30,311 nucleotides of DNA from a virus (taxonomy: Duplodnaviria; Caudoviricetes): positions 1-30,311 of IMG/VR virus record IMGVR_UViG_3300033518_000153. One strand, written 5' to 3'. Positions 1-10,382 of the stretch are shown one piece after another (positions within the stretch are counted from its first letter, which is position 1; each line of letters begins with the position of its first letter). A program made the translations under genes and the position numbers. Under the pieces are notes generated by a model. It saw nothing but the letters and a program-made list of their open reading frames with translations. It was not told the origin of the DNA and did not search any database.

Positions 1-276
1 GAATACTCCTTCTGTTACAAAGAGAACTCGGCTCGCACTCCAGCTCTCAAGGCCCCACACACCAACAACGCCGCTTGGGCGCCAGGTGAAGTAGCGGCTC
101 ATCTTAGGATCGTTGCTGGGCGCTTTGCTGGCCGTTGGACGATACTGTTGGTATCCAACCATCTTGCCGCTCAGGTTGTAGAGCGGAAAAACAGCCACAC
201 CTTCTGCCTCGTCAACCCACGCGGTGTGGAGGTTGAGGTCAAAGTGTCGCGCCTTGAGGTTGTCCAATACATTCAT
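1..276 (-). CDS. Toprim/primase-like protein, N-terminal part (runs off window)
   Basis: Hand translation MNVLDNLKARHFDL...AVFPLYNLSGKMVGYQQYRP...VLFVTEGVF; ends in Toprim-like xxEGxF motif; TTGACC promoter upstream. Confidence 0.6.
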   Translation of the reverse strand, partial: MNVLDNLKARHFDLNLHTAWVDEAEGVAVFPLYNLSGKMVGYQQYRPTASKAPSNDPKMSRYFTWRPSGVVGVWGLESWSASRVLFVTEGVF

Positions 277-315
277 AACCATATAATAGCACAACTGCGC
301 TGTAGGTCAATCTAT

Positions 316-516
316 TTAAGCAGTGTTGCCTGTCAGCGGAATGTCTGGGCCTTGCATCACGCAGACGAGGTCAATACCATCTGCGCCAAACTGCAAACGG
401 AAGTCCTTGGGCTTGCTGCTCACGGCTTCGCAAGCTTCATATGATTCAAACGGGATCTCAATCTTGAGTGGCTCTTCGTTTGGAATGTAGTAAAGAAAAG
501 CGACCAAGACCCACAT
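316..516 (-). CDS. Small hypothetical protein
   Basis: 66 aa ORF, hydrophobic N-terminus, TAAATA late motif at 541-546. Confidence 0.55.
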   Translation of the reverse strand: MWVLVAFLYYIPNEEPLKIEIPFESYEACEAVSSKPKDFRLQFGADGIDLVCVMQGPDIPLTGNTA

Positions 517-1105
517 GCAGATTCCTATCCAATAGGAATGTATTTATAGGTTAACCAGCCAACAGCGTCTCGCGAGCTTCTTGCACAATCTGGTTGATCT
601 CTGCAAACTGCTCAAACGTCATCAGCAGAGGACCATTCATGCTCATACGCACGTTGAGCCCGCGAACATCGTTGTGGAAATAGTCGTCAACTCCGCGCTG
701 AAACGCACGACGGTATTCGTGCTTGGCTGCAAGCCAGTGACACAATCATAAACACTTGCGAACTGCCTTGGCCGTTGTTGATGCCTGTGAAGGTCTTGCG
801 CAGTTCGATGCGGGCGTTTTCTTTTTAAGAACGGTTTACATCAATGAAGGACGTGAATAGAGGCCAGTGTGCCTGTGCAGAGGCCCATGGCAAAGCAGAG
901 CGCAATCACCGCAAGAACTGCAAACCTAACCTTCAACGCAGTATCTGTCATAAAACACACCTTCATAACCTCAATATATACAGCATCTTCTAGGCGCTGT
1001 CAATCTTATTTAGTGGGTGGCCACGCAGAATAAAGTGCGCAGACCTATACTTTTATACAGGTCATACGCCTACGGTGATGTTGCGCCACAAGATATAGCG
1101 CCAAT

Positions 1106-1564
1106 TTATACTGGTTGTGTCTGCACGTTTGCTGCTCTTGCATGGTCGCGAGCCGCATAAAGTGCGTTTTCTTGGTCGGTGCTGAGTCCGCTGCCGGTGG
1201 CAATGCCCTGTGCAGTGGTGCTTGAAATGATCTGCACACTGGTTTTGGCGGTTGCTGGCGGCACAATCACAACGCCGTCGTCGCTGAATATGTTGCCCAC
1301 AAGCAACAGTTGATGCTCGTGGTTGGCTGGCTGCACCTTCCAGCCATTGGTCATAATGTAGGTGGTTCCTGTAAACAGCCCTGTAGCACCAATTGGTGTT
1401 CCACCTTCGATGCTGAACGCATCTGGATATCCTGCTCCAGCGCCACTTGCAACCCAACGCTTCCACGCGCTGTAAAGGTCGCGTTGCACGTCATAGGTGG
1501 TGTTGCCGGTTCCAGCTGGTTCAATGATCAGGAGATTTGGACCGTCGAAGATAAAGTCTGCCAT
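1106..1564 (-). CDS. Putative virion structural protein
   Basis: 152 aa, DLYSAWKRW motif similar to LYSFLKEEW in 4204..5565; last gene of tightly packed late block. Confidence 0.6.
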   Translation of the reverse strand: MADFIFDGPNLLIIEPAGTGNTTYDVQRDLYSAWKRWVASGAGAGYPDAFSIEGGTPIGATGLFTGTTYIMTNGWKVQPANHEHQLLLVGNIFSDDGVVIVPPATAKTSVQIISSTTAQGIATGSGLSTDQENALYAARDHARAANVQTQPV

Positions 1565-1572
1565 ACTACTAT

Positions 1573-4194
1573 TTATGGATTGTCGTAGACTCGATCGATA
1601 ACTTGCTGGATTGGAATGCTGCTATCCAAGGATGGATAAGTGAGCGGGATTGTAATAGCCTGGTAACCAAGCGCAAACACAACAATGTATCCGGCGGTTC
1701 CACCAACCGCCTCTTCATAGTCTAGCACAAAGCTGGTGCCACTGGTTTCAACACCGCCTAGCAACACCGCAGTGCTTGGATCAGTGCCCTGGTATGCACG
1801 AACTTCACTGCCTGCTACCAATCCCGTAAGTGTGAGTGCATATCCTGGAAGTGGATACTGGTTGCCTTGCGCAACGCTGGTGCTTACAGTATCAATTCTG
1901 TAGAAGGTGATGACGTTTGCTGCGGCGGCAATAGTGCATGTTGCTCTTACTTTGAGCTTGATGCCCGTTGCTGGGTTGATTGCACCAACTGCTGACAAGT
2001 TTGCGCCGTTTGCAGTAAGCCACGTTCCGTTCCATCCGCTGCCAGTGTCCCATTGGAATTCCATTAGGTGGTTGCCGGCGTTTGTGCCGGTAAAGGTTGG
2101 CGCAATGTTGGCCAGTGCAGTGTGTCCTAGGGCAAAGTAATCCATGGTCCAAGTTACTTGGTCGCCCACGTTGGCCAGCTTGACGTTTCCAGTTGAAGTG
2201 TATGATGCGATACCAGCTGTGGTAGACAGTTGCGCGGCTGTGATTGCCGTCGGCTCATTCGCGCTGAATAGAATACGACCAGTTGTAGCGGCAGTGAATG
2301 CATCAAGAATGTGTGTTCCATAAACAGAAGTTTGTCCTGTGACACCTGGGGTAGCAGCCAATCCTTTTGCGGCTGTAACGTTCGTCGCAGAAAGTTGGAC
2401 TGGGTCAGCATAGTCACCTCTAACGTCAATTAGCTGTATCTTGTTGTTACTGTTGATGGTAGAAACAAGACCTGTTCGTAGGTTGGTAGCGTAGCAACGG
2501 CGCACAATATGGTCGCCGCCGCTGCTTCCAACCAGTGCTGCAATTACGCCCATTTGATTTCCTGTTCCGGTGTTGTAGGGACTTGCAAAGGTGCCAAGAT
2601 TTTCCACAGTAACTCGGAAGCTGTTACTGATGCCAACAAATCCATAATATGGATGCACATTAGCAATACCATCAAGGTTAGTCAATCCACTGCACACAAT
2701 GTCCGAACAGAAAGTAGAAATATCAATTGCATAAACAGGATACACGGTGGTTGTGACAAAGTTACTTGGTGTATCAGCATACACTGTGTTGATGATTGAT
2801 CCGTCACTGCTGGCAATAATTCGGATGGCAGCACCCACAGCAATGACACCGCTGAGTGCAAATCCATTGATCTGGTACAGTTGTAAAACAGCTAAGTTAA
2901 CGGAACCTCTAGTTAAAGTTACATCAGTGTTGTCACCAAATTGATCAAACCGAGTATCAGTTATAGTGACATTTGAACACGCTGTGAATACAGCACCAAC
3001 GTCACCACTTTCACCTTGATATTTGACATAACGGCCTTTAGTAACAGTCACCCCAGCGAAGTTGGAAGTTGAAACGATAGGAGAATAATCGTAGGCCAAA
3101 GAGAGTCCCACAGCGCAATCATTCAATATCACTTCAGTAGCACATTCAGTCACAATGACAGTGTCAAAAAATGATGAATCACTGAGATTGACATTATATG
3201 CCTGGGCGAGGTTCAAATACCAACTTCCAGCAGTCTTGTCAATTCGAATGTTGCCTGCCGATGTAGTGAGGAATTCCCATCTGTGAACAATAGAAGTGTT
3301 GACGAGGTTGGTGGCAAAGCTAACAGCAGTGGTTGTGCTGCTTACATGAATGTTGGGGACACGAAATTTTGCACCAGTCGGAGGAACGGCGCCGTTGTTG
3401 ACTGCGCCACGTAACGCAAAGGTGATCACGCCCGCAGCGATGCAGTTGAAATACTTGCCTCTTGCATCCTGGGCAATGCGACCGTTTTGCCCCCAGCGTG
3501 TTGCACCGGCGTTGGCCCACCATTCATACACACCGCTACCTGCACTGGTTTCCACTTGTATTGCAGGGCAAACATCAGTGACATAGTATTGCAGCGTTTG
3601 CCCGGTCGCACCAGAACCTTCACCCAATTCAAACCAATCGCCAAAGCTTTCAAACTTGCCGCGGCGGGGCACGGTGATTAGGTTTAATTCTTCACCAACA
3701 ATATGTAGCCAGCCACGTTGTCCGCCTGTAGCACTGTTTACATCAACTGTTGCACCGCCAGGTAGTGTCACTACTTCGTTGTCTACAAACGTGCCAACCT
3801 TGCTGCGAAACTTGATGAAGCCAGTGGCGGGCATAGCTATGCCCGCGGGCACAACACCTAATGCTGTTAATACTGTGAAGACGCCGAGAAACTCACCAGT
3901 TGCACCACCGGCTGCGGTGCAGTCTTGAACGCCAGCAGTGCCTAGTGCCGGGACGTTTCCGGTGCCAGCATCATATGCCATCCACCAAACATCTCGTCCA
4001 TCAAATCTGCAGATTCCGCCGGAGCCTGCGTCAATTGTGATGTTACCTGGAACCGCAGCCTGTTGCCCCCAGCGACTGTCACTGTTGAAGGTGAGAACCG
4101 CGTTGGTGTTGATGATAACGTCTTCACCATTGAGCAATCCATTGATTGCAGCGTCATCCATGTTGCGGTTGACTGAGACTGTAATGTTTGCCAT
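1573..4194 (-). CDS. Putative tail fibre/tailspike-like virion protein with beta-helix-like central region
   Basis: 873 aa, rich in G/T/A/N/V, central repetitive beta-strand pattern. Confidence 0.6.
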   Translation of the reverse strand: MANITVSVNRNMDDAAINGLLNGEDVIINTNAVLTFNSDSRWGQQAAVPGNITIDAGSGGICRFDGRDVWWMAYDAGTGNVPALGTAGVQDCTAAGGATGEFLGVFTVLTALGVVPAGIAMPATGFIKFRSKVGTFVDNEVVTLPGGATVDVNSATGGQRGWLHIVGEELNLITVPRRGKFESFGDWFELGEGSGATGQTLQYYVTDVCPAIQVETSAGSGVYEWWANAGATRWGQNGRIAQDARGKYFNCIAAGVITFALRGAVNNGAVPPTGAKFRVPNIHVSSTTTAVSFATNLVNTSIVHRWEFLTTSAGNIRIDKTAGSWYLNLAQAYNVNLSDSSFFDTVIVTECATEVILNDCAVGLSLAYDYSPIVSTSNFAGVTVTKGRYVKYQGESGDVGAVFTACSNVTITDTRFDQFGDNTDVTLTRGSVNLAVLQLYQINGFALSGVIAVGAAIRIIASSDGSIINTVYADTPSNFVTTTVYPVYAIDISTFCSDIVCSGLTNLDGIANVHPYYGFVGISNSFRVTVENLGTFASPYNTGTGNQMGVIAALVGSSGGDHIVRRCYATNLRTGLVSTINSNNKIQLIDVRGDYADPVQLSATNVTAAKGLAATPGVTGQTSVYGTHILDAFTAATTGRILFSANEPTAITAAQLSTTAGIASYTSTGNVKLANVGDQVTWTMDYFALGHTALANIAPTFTGTNAGNHLMEFQWDTGSGWNGTWLTANGANLSAVGAINPATGIKLKVRATCTIAAAANVITFYRIDTVSTSVAQGNQYPLPGYALTLTGLVAGSEVRAYQGTDPSTAVLLGGVETSGTSFVLDYEEAVGGTAGYIVVFALGYQAITIPLTYPSLDSSIPIQQVIDRVYDNP

Positions 4195-4203
4195 ACGTTA
4201 GCC

Positions 4204-5565
4204 TTATGGGTTGGCGTAGTTTCTTTCCAACGGAGCAACGATAGAAATGCTGTTGGTAGTCGAGCGTGTAAGCGTTCCAGTTGCAGCCACATACTGTGCG
4301 CCACTCAAACCAATAGCCACCACCGTTACCGCAGCGTCAGTGCCGGCGGTTCTGCCGCCTTGCACGTTACCATCATAGTCAAATGTGAAGGGAATACTTG
4401 CAATGCCGCCCGCTGTGCCGCTGATGTCAACGCCACTCGCATTGTCTACGATAATTGCGCTGCTCGTTCCGAAGCTGCCGCCTGGGTTAGTAGTGAAAAA
4501 CATGCGGTAGATTGCGTCTGCGTCAGCAACCAAGGTGGCACTGAAGTTGAGCACACCAGCAGCCACGTATGGGAAGGTGCGGTAGGTTGCAGTGTTGTCA
4601 ATGTAGCGCACATCGTTGATGCTGGCCGCCGAAATGGCTTCAATGAACACACCGCTACCACCACCAGCAGCGTTGACCACACTTAGTGTGTCAAGTCTGC
4701 TACCGACAAACACTGCCATAGCACTGGCCAAGTAACCGTTTACAATGCTGCTACCGTCGTCAATGTCGCTGTTTTGGCGCAAGCTGTATTGGATGAATTC
4801 GTATACCTGCTTACTGGTGCCGCCATTTGCATCAACCACAACACCAAAGTTGTATGTTGGCACGCCCATAGCTTTGCTTTGTGGTGATACAAAGAATGCG
4901 ATGCTCATTCCAGTATACGGAGCATCAGCAGCGATTGTTGCGTCACTTGCGGTGATGTTCAAGTCAGTTGCTTCGGTTAGTGGGAAGCGTTCAACCTTGT
5001 ATGTGATAGTGCCCACACCGATGTCAGTTGTGCTGGTCTGACCGTAAGTCTTTCCTTGGACTCGGATGTAAACTGTGAGAACCGCGTTGCGCTTGTCAAA
5101 GTTACCGTTGCTGGCATCACCGTATGTTTGGATAGCTTCGTTAACTGGACCTGAGTAAGTGAAAACTGTTCGTGCAGTATCGCCTGCAAATGCGTAGTAA
5201 GCTGTATCAGCTGGGTCAATGAAACCAAGTGTAACAACACCCAAGTATTCACGCTCTTTAACACCCGCCGCAGTAACTTCTGACCAACCACCTGTTCGGA
5301 TCAACTTACGAGTAGCATCGTTAGCTGGAACCCAGTCGCTGACAAATTCAAACTGTTCAGGAGTAATAGCGATCATTGGGAATGGGAATGGGATAAGTGC
5401 AGCGTCGTTCTTCCATTCCTCTTTCAGGAATGAGTAAAGTGTCTGCAATGTAACACCGTCTGTGCTGAGGTTGCCTGCCAGGTTCAATGTGATTGTTCTG
5501 GCAGTGCTGTTAATTGTTACTTCGGTTCCCTGGTTGAGTAGGTCCGGGTCAATGATAAGTGCCAT
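4204..5565 (-). CDS. Putative virion structural protein
   Basis: 453 aa, beta-rich, AAGGA RBS, in late operon. Confidence 0.6.
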   Translation of the reverse strand: MALIIDPDLLNQGTEVTINSTARTITLNLAGNLSTDGVTLQTLYSFLKEEWKNDAALIPFPFPMIAITPEQFEFVSDWVPANDATRKLIRTGGWSEVTAAGVKEREYLGVVTLGFIDPADTAYYAFAGDTARTVFTYSGPVNEAIQTYGDASNGNFDKRNAVLTVYIRVQGKTYGQTSTTDIGVGTITYKVERFPLTEATDLNITASDATIAADAPYTGMSIAFFVSPQSKAMGVPTYNFGVVVDANGGTSKQVYEFIQYSLRQNSDIDDGSSIVNGYLASAMAVFVGSRLDTLSVVNAAGGGSGVFIEAISAASINDVRYIDNTATYRTFPYVAAGVLNFSATLVADADAIYRMFFTTNPGGSFGTSSAIIVDNASGVDISGTAGGIASIPFTFDYDGNVQGGRTAGTDAAVTVVAIGLSGAQYVAATGTLTRSTTNSISIVAPLERNYANP

Positions 5566-5577
5566 TTAGTGATTCCT

Positions 5578-6894
5578 TTAACTATACGTTAAGCCGGCTC
5601 TTAGAGGCCATGCGGCTCCTAGATTGGCTATGCTCGTGTTATTTATGATGTCAGCTCGCCCAATAAGTGCGTTGTTACGGGTTTGGCGGTTGATTTGCCA
5701 GTAGCCGTTACCGCCGTCCACCCAACCAAAGTAGTAGTAGGTGCCGTTTGTGTCGTCAATCAAGTCTACCTGAGGCATGAATGCAGTGCCGCCACTACCG
5801 CCACTGTTGGGTTCGGGCTTCCACGTCGCACTCACACTGTCATACACTAGTATGTCGTTGTTGCTTAGGCCAGTGAGGTCTACGTCAGTGAGGTCAGACA
5901 TTGCGCTAGCACTGCCCCCGCCGTTGTTGAGCAGAAACGCAATTCGGCAAATTTGGTTGTTGCTCGGGGTTCCACCAGCACCGCTGTTGACATGGGTCAC
6001 ACTCAGTTGCCACCAAGTGCCGTTGTCGGTTGGAGGGGCATTGATGACAAATCGTCCAAACTTGGTAGCGTCATCTTCATCCTGCAAGTAGAAGGTGTCG
6101 TTAACTCGTAGTGTGGCTAGATAGTTTTGCGTGTCTACTCCGCTGTTGGACAGTTCAGCAATGGCAATCTGCGTCACGCTTGCCATAACTGCGTTGTTGA
6201 GTCTGATGTCACCATTGCCTGGGTTGGCCATTGTAGTGGTGCTATCAAAACGCCACTGTCCAGTTAGCGACACTGCCGTTGGTGAGCTGATGGTCAGCGT
6301 GTTGGCAACGTCGTCGTATGAGAATACAATGTTGCTGCCTTCGACCAGCAGCGAGTTGACGCGGTCGTCTACTCGTTCGTTGGTGAAGTAAAGGTTGGTT
6401 GACCCTTCGGCTAGGTCGTCAGTGTTGGACCCTGACAGGTCGGTGATGCCTGGTGTTCGCCAGGCGGTGCCACCCAGGTAAGCATCAAGGCTGCTGGTGA
6501 TTTCTGCACCAGTCTGGTCATCAGTTGCGCCACTTTGGATGGTGTCTAGCTTGCTGCCGTCTGCACTGATGTCGCGGCCATCTACTGTGCCACTGACAAC
6601 GATGTTGCCTGTGATGGCAAAGTTAGTGCCGTTCCACGTTAGACGGGTGTCGCCTTCAATAGTTGTGCTGTTGCGCCACACTGCCAGCTGATCGTTTACA
6701 GGGGTGCCGAACTTGCTGACGTCTCCGCCCCCACCTCCACCACCGCCCCCAACGGGAATACCACCAGGAGTAACGCCGTCGCTGAGGAACAGGTTACCGG
6801 TGTCGGGATCGAAGAAGAGGTTACCAGCTTCGCCAATGAATTGGTCGAAGGGAAACTTGACCAAGCCTGATTTGATTTTTCTTACATCAGCCAA
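5578..6894 (-). CDS. Putative tail fibre protein
   Basis: N-terminal GEAGNLFFDPDTGNLFLSDGVTPGG attachment-type motif, poly-Gly linkers, LSDLTDVD-type and TDDLAEGSTNLYFT repeats; TAAATA at 6919-6924. Confidence 0.65.
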   Translation of the reverse strand: MADVRKIKSGLVKFPFDQFIGEAGNLFFDPDTGNLFLSDGVTPGGIPVGGGGGGGGGDVSKFGTPVNDQLAVWRNSTTIEGDTRLTWNGTNFAITGNIVVSGTVDGRDISADGSKLDTIQSGATDDQTGAEITSSLDAYLGGTAWRTPGITDLSGSNTDDLAEGSTNLYFTNERVDDRVNSLLVEGSNIVFSYDDVANTLTISSPTAVSLTGQWRFDSTTTMANPGNGDIRLNNAVMASVTQIAIAELSNSGVDTQNYLATLRVNDTFYLQDEDDATKFGRFVINAPPTDNGTWWQLSVTHVNSGAGGTPSNNQICRIAFLLNNGGGSASAMSDLTDVDLTGLSNNDILVYDSVSATWKPEPNSGGSGGTAFMPQVDLIDDTNGTYYYFGWVDGGNGYWQINRQTRNNALIGRADIINNTSIANLGAAWPLRAGLTYS

Positions 6895-6921
6895 AATACT
6901 GTCCTGTCATTACAACAGTAT

Positions 6922-7146
6922 TTAAGCGATTTCGTCTGGTTCCGGCGGTTCCAGGAGTTGTGCTGCTACAATGGTCTTCTTACCAAGTGCAGCTTTTTGC
7001 AGCTCAATCTCTTGCTGCTGAGGGGTGACCATTGCGGCAGGCTTTGACTCTGGGTCAGGCATGTTGTCCATGTCGATTTCAGGATCGCCGTCTCCGTTGA
7101 TCTTAATAGTGATGGGAACGTTTATCACGAATTCGCGGGCTCTCAT
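6922..7146 (-). CDS. Small late protein (MRAREF-type N-terminus)
   Basis: 74 aa, GAGG RBS, ATAAATA upstream. Confidence 0.65.
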   Translation of the reverse strand: MRAREFVINVPITIKINGDGDPEIDMDNMPDPESKPAAMVTPQQQEIELQKAALGKKTIVAAQLLEPPEPDEIA

Positions 7147-7190
7147 TTTTGTTTCCTCATACTATATTTATCAACTCGCACCTACTTAGC

Positions 7191-7250
7191 TAAATACTGT
7201 AGTTCGCGGGCGGCCACCCCAACTACTCTAATGCTATTAGGAGCACCAGC
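7191..7250 (+). promoter_or_regulatory. Conserved homing-endonuclease leader, copy 1 (TAAATA plus GTAGTT...AACTAC hairpin)
   Basis: Similar leaders at 10498, 17367 and 28107. Confidence 0.75.
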
Positions 7251-7863
7251 ATGATATTTATCGACAACAAGTATACCAGAGTATATTACAGAATTGTTGC
7301 TAATGCAAAATCAAAAACTCATCCACCTAACACATACTTAGAAAGACATCACGTTATACCCGAATCTCTCGGTGGCGTTAACTGCAAAGAAAACCTAGCA
7401 AAGCTTACAGCGAGAGAGCACTTCATCTGCCATTGGTTGTTTAACTAAGATGACAACCGGTCTAGAGAAATCTAAGATGGTGTATGCCCTCAGCATGATG
7501 CGCTGTGGTAACAAATTTCACCAACGCTATCAAACAAAGATCACCGCAAGAGTATATGAAAACCTTAAAGGCGGTAGGATTGTCAGTGAGGAAACCAAAA
7601 AGAAGATGAGAGGTGTTTGCGGTAAGAGCAATATCGGAAAAAAGCAGTCGATTGAGACAAAAGAAAAGCGTCGTATGAGCTTGATTGGGCAAACTCGATC
7701 TGAGGAAACCAAGGCAAAAATGTCAATTGCGGCGCGCAATAGGAAACATTCAGTGGAAACTAGGCAAAAGCTCTCAGAAGTAAACCGGGGTAAGAAATTC
7801 TCAGCCGAAACCTGGCAGAAGATCTCTGAGTCAGTGCGTAGACGTAAACGATTGGATCATTGA
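7251..7863 (+). pseudogene. Frameshifted HNH/NUMOD3 homing endonuclease
   Basis: ERHHVIPESLGG...LTAREHFICHWL, then one extra T near 7440; NUMOD3-like SEETKxKM repeats continue in ORF 7450..7863. Confidence 0.8.
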
Positions 7864-7868
7864 ATTAT

Positions 7869-7952
7869 TGGTGCGACCGAGAGGACTTGAACCTCCACCC
7901 CTTGCGGGACCAGTCCCTCAAACTGAAGCGTCTACCATTTCGCCACGGTCGC
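7869..7952 (-). tRNA. tRNA-Leu(GAG)
   Basis: Cloverleaf, acceptor GCGACCG/CGGTCGC, long variable arm, CCA encoded. Confidence 0.9.
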
Positions 7953-8078
7953 AATTAACTCTTCAGGAGTTATTGAGGAGAAGTAAGTCTTTGCTGCATT
8001 TTTCTTATGCAACAGGAATTCACAGTTAGCTGGATGCCTTACGATTGCAGGGTCCAAGTTGTTAGCATACGCTTCTAC
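7932..8078 (-). pseudogene. C-terminal remnant of HNH-like endonuclease ending inside tRNA-Leu
   Basis: VEAYANNLDPAIVRHPANCEFLLHKKN...ITPEELIATVAKW*; no start codon. Confidence 0.55.
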
Positions 8079-8103
8079 GAACCTTTTTTCGCATAGCCTT
8101 TAT

Positions 8104-8180
8104 TGGTGCTCCCGGAGGGACTCGAACCCCCAACCGTTGCGTTCGAAGCGCAAAACTCTAATCCATTGAGCTACGGAAGC
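8104..8180 (-). tRNA. tRNA-Arg(TCG)
   Basis: Canonical cloverleaf, loop CT-TCG-AA, CCA. Confidence 0.92.
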
Positions 8181-8188
8181 GTTATCTG

Positions 8189-8488
8189 TTATTTACCACG
8201 CTTGGCGGCTGCTTGACGAGCAGCCTTGCGATCAGCCTTGTTTGGGGCGTGTTCACGCTTGCTTAGTTCATGCTTGATCTCAGCAGCGGTGTAGCGCCAG
8301 CCCTTTTCAGTAGTTACGCCTTGGCCCTGATTGCAGAAACTTGCGATCCCAACGCCAATATACGATTCTTTGCGCATTCGCATCAACGTGCCAGTGTGCA
8401 TTCCACTCAGCGGCGGTCATTGCCGTTTGTATTCTTCGAGGTCAACTGCCTCTTGTTCGGCCAAAAAGAATTCCAAATCGTAGTCCAT
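8189..8488 (-). CDS. Small basic protein, paralogue of 9965..10174, interrupted by in-frame TGA at 8417-8419
   Basis: GAGGT RBS and ATG at 8488 in frame with ORF 8189..8401; shared EL..REH.PNK motif. Confidence 0.6.
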
Positions 8489-8536
8489 GCTGCACCTCAG
8501 TTGTTGATATCACTATAGTGCAGGTTGGACTGGTTG

Positions 8537-8953
8537 TCAACCGAGATATGTCGCCAGCAAGACCCAAGTGGTGATCAGCGTAACGTAGTGAATCAGCTGA
8601 TCCAGACCCACCACCACAAAGAAGTTGTAGTAGTCAGCCTTGCGCCACAGTCGCGCAGTCCAACGGCTGGTGAGTGCGTCTGTGATCCAGTGCAGCACGC
8701 CATTCAGCCCCACCCAAATCAAGAACGTGGATGGTGACACCAACATTACAACTGCCGCCGGGGTCGTCACAAACGGACCAATCAGTGTGCCTAGCGCCAG
8801 CAGCACCAACCCTAGGGTGCCTGTGTATACAAGAGCGAGGGCAGTTAGCACGCGCCAGTTCTTGCTTTTGTTCACTGCCATCCAGTGTGTCTGCATGACA
8901 AAGTCGGCAATCCAGTGTGCCAGCAAGAACGAGAAGAGTAGGTATAGGTGCAT
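8537..8953 (-). CDS. DUF3307-family membrane protein
   Basis: AHWIADFVMQT.WMA.NKSKN, LHW.TD and DQLIH motifs. Confidence 0.8.
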   Translation of the reverse strand: MHLYLLFSFLLAHWIADFVMQTHWMAVNKSKNWRVLTALALVYTGTLGLVLLALGTLIGPFVTTPAAVVMLVSPSTFLIWVGLNGVLHWITDALTSRWTARLWRKADYYNFFVVVGLDQLIHYVTLITTWVLLATYLG

Positions 8954-9040
8954 GTTATTTTCCTTTTTTCAGCGGATAGCATACACAATGACTACCGCAA
9001 TTCTTGCCAACAGGGGCAAACGTATCTGGGCACAGTATTT

Positions 9041-9385
9041 TCATAGCAGTTTGAGGTGGCCAGTGATGGGCACCAACGCTTCATGGGTGGCTGGACCAAC
9101 TGCAATGCAGGTGTTGGTTGGCACACCGTTGAACACTGTCAGTCCTGCATCTGTCACCAGTTCGGCAATCAGTCCCGCCTCCCGGGCTTTGTTGTAGACC
9201 TCCAGTAGTTCTTCTTCGCTGCGCACCAACACGGCAATCTTGGTAAACTTGCCAGCCAGCCACTCTTTGACCTCTGCACGCTCCATGTTCAGCAAGGTAG
9301 CTTTCATGCTAGCGTGAGCGCCCTGAGCAATTAGCTTGCCCACGGGCATTTTGAGATCATGACGCATCACAATCATTTGTTTCAC
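9041..9385 (-). CDS. pth2: Peptidyl-tRNA hydrolase, Pth2 type
   Basis: KQ.IV.R.DL.M..GK.IAQ.AHAS, KIA, DAG.T, T.IAVGP, ITG.LKLL. Confidence 0.93.
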   Translation of the reverse strand: MKQMIVMRHDLKMPVGKLIAQGAHASMKATLLNMERAEVKEWLAGKFTKIAVLVRSEEELLEVYNKAREAGLIAELVTDAGLTVFNGVPTNTCIAVGPATHEALVPITGHLKLL

Positions 9386-9963
9386 TTGTTCAGTCTCTCC
9401 ACGCTGCGGCGGGCTTGCGCTCGTCCCACCTTGTCAAACAGTTGTCCGAGGACACAATAGCTTTGGTTCCAGATCCAGCGCGCAGGGCGGTTGGCAAGGA
9501 CCCAAAACAAACTCCACGGCCACATCAGCGTCCAGGTGCTGAGGCGCTCTTTGTTCTCGGCTGCGGTGAAGTCGCGGTATTTGTAGCTATGAGTGAATGC
9601 TTCAAATGCAGTAGCATATCCGCCTTCAACTGGCATGCCGTTGTTGTCGCGTGTCCAGTCTGCAAACGCGCTTTTGATAGCCGGTGCGCGGGTATTGATC
9701 CAATCAGGCCAGCGCCACAGTGCAGTGTATAGCGCGCCAACTGCCACATACAGCGCAATGATCATCAACACCATCAACGGGTTGGCGACAATAGCTGCCC
9801 ACACCGGGACTGCAAAGACAAACTCTGCCACTGCAAGGCCAACCAGCAATGTGGCCGACCCCATAAAGAAGCTGTCGTATTCTGCGCTAACGATGCCCAG
9901 AACCAGGACGGCAAGCATGAAAATGCCAAACCATGCTCCGCCAAATGCTGCTAAAAATTCCAT
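9382..9963 (-). CDS. Hypothetical membrane protein
   Basis: Likely start MEFLAAF at 9963 after AAGGA; several hydrophobic helices. Confidence 0.7.
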   Translation of the reverse strand: MEFLAAFGGAWFGIFMLAVLVLGIVSAEYDSFFMGSATLLVGLAVAEFVFAVPVWAAIVANPLMVLMIIALYVAVGALYTALWRWPDWINTRAPAIKSAFADWTRDNNGMPVEGGYATAFEAFTHSYKYRDFTAAENKERLSTWTLMWPWSLFWVLANRPARWIWNQSYCVLGQLFDKVGRAQARRSVERLNK

Positions 9964-9964
9964 G

Positions 9965-10174
9965 TTATATTCCTTGTTTTGCTCTTGCTCGACGGATAGC
10001 CTTTGCTTCCATCTTGTTGGGGACGTGCTCGCGGGTGTTGAGCTCCGCGAGAATGTCTTCGATTGGCAGATACACGCTACCGTCGTTGTATCCGCTGCCA
10101 CAGCGATATGCTGCGGCACGCCAGCTCATCAACAGACGAGTGGGCGCCTTCTTAAGTTTCTCTTCTTTGGTCAT
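9965..10174 (-). CDS. Small basic protein, paralogue of 8189..8488
   Basis: ELNTREHVPNKMEAKAIRRARAKQG; ATGA overlap with upstream gene. Confidence 0.7.
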   Translation of the reverse strand: MTKEEKLKKAPTRLLMSWRAAAYRCGSGYNDGSVYLPIEDILAELNTREHVPNKMEAKAIRRARAKQGI

Positions 10175-10359
10175 CGTTCGTTCCAATTTCCCATCATGCT
10201 GGCTGCATTCTTCATATGCTTGTAGAGCAGTCCATCTTCATGGTCAGTCTGCACCAGACGTTTCTTTGGCAACACTTCATTGAAGCGATATCTGTTGTCG
10301 TCGAATAACAAGTAGTCTACAACAAGGTATCGCGCCTTGGGGGCTTTATACAAGGTCAT
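10171..10359 (-). CDS. Hypothetical protein
   Basis: MTLYKAPKARY..., AGGA RBS. Confidence 0.55.
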   Translation of the reverse strand: MTLYKAPKARYLVVDYLLFDDNRYRFNEVLPKKRLVQTDHEDGLLYKHMKNAASMMGNWNER

Positions 10360-10382
10360 GGTGTCCTGCCTGGTGTTAGAGT

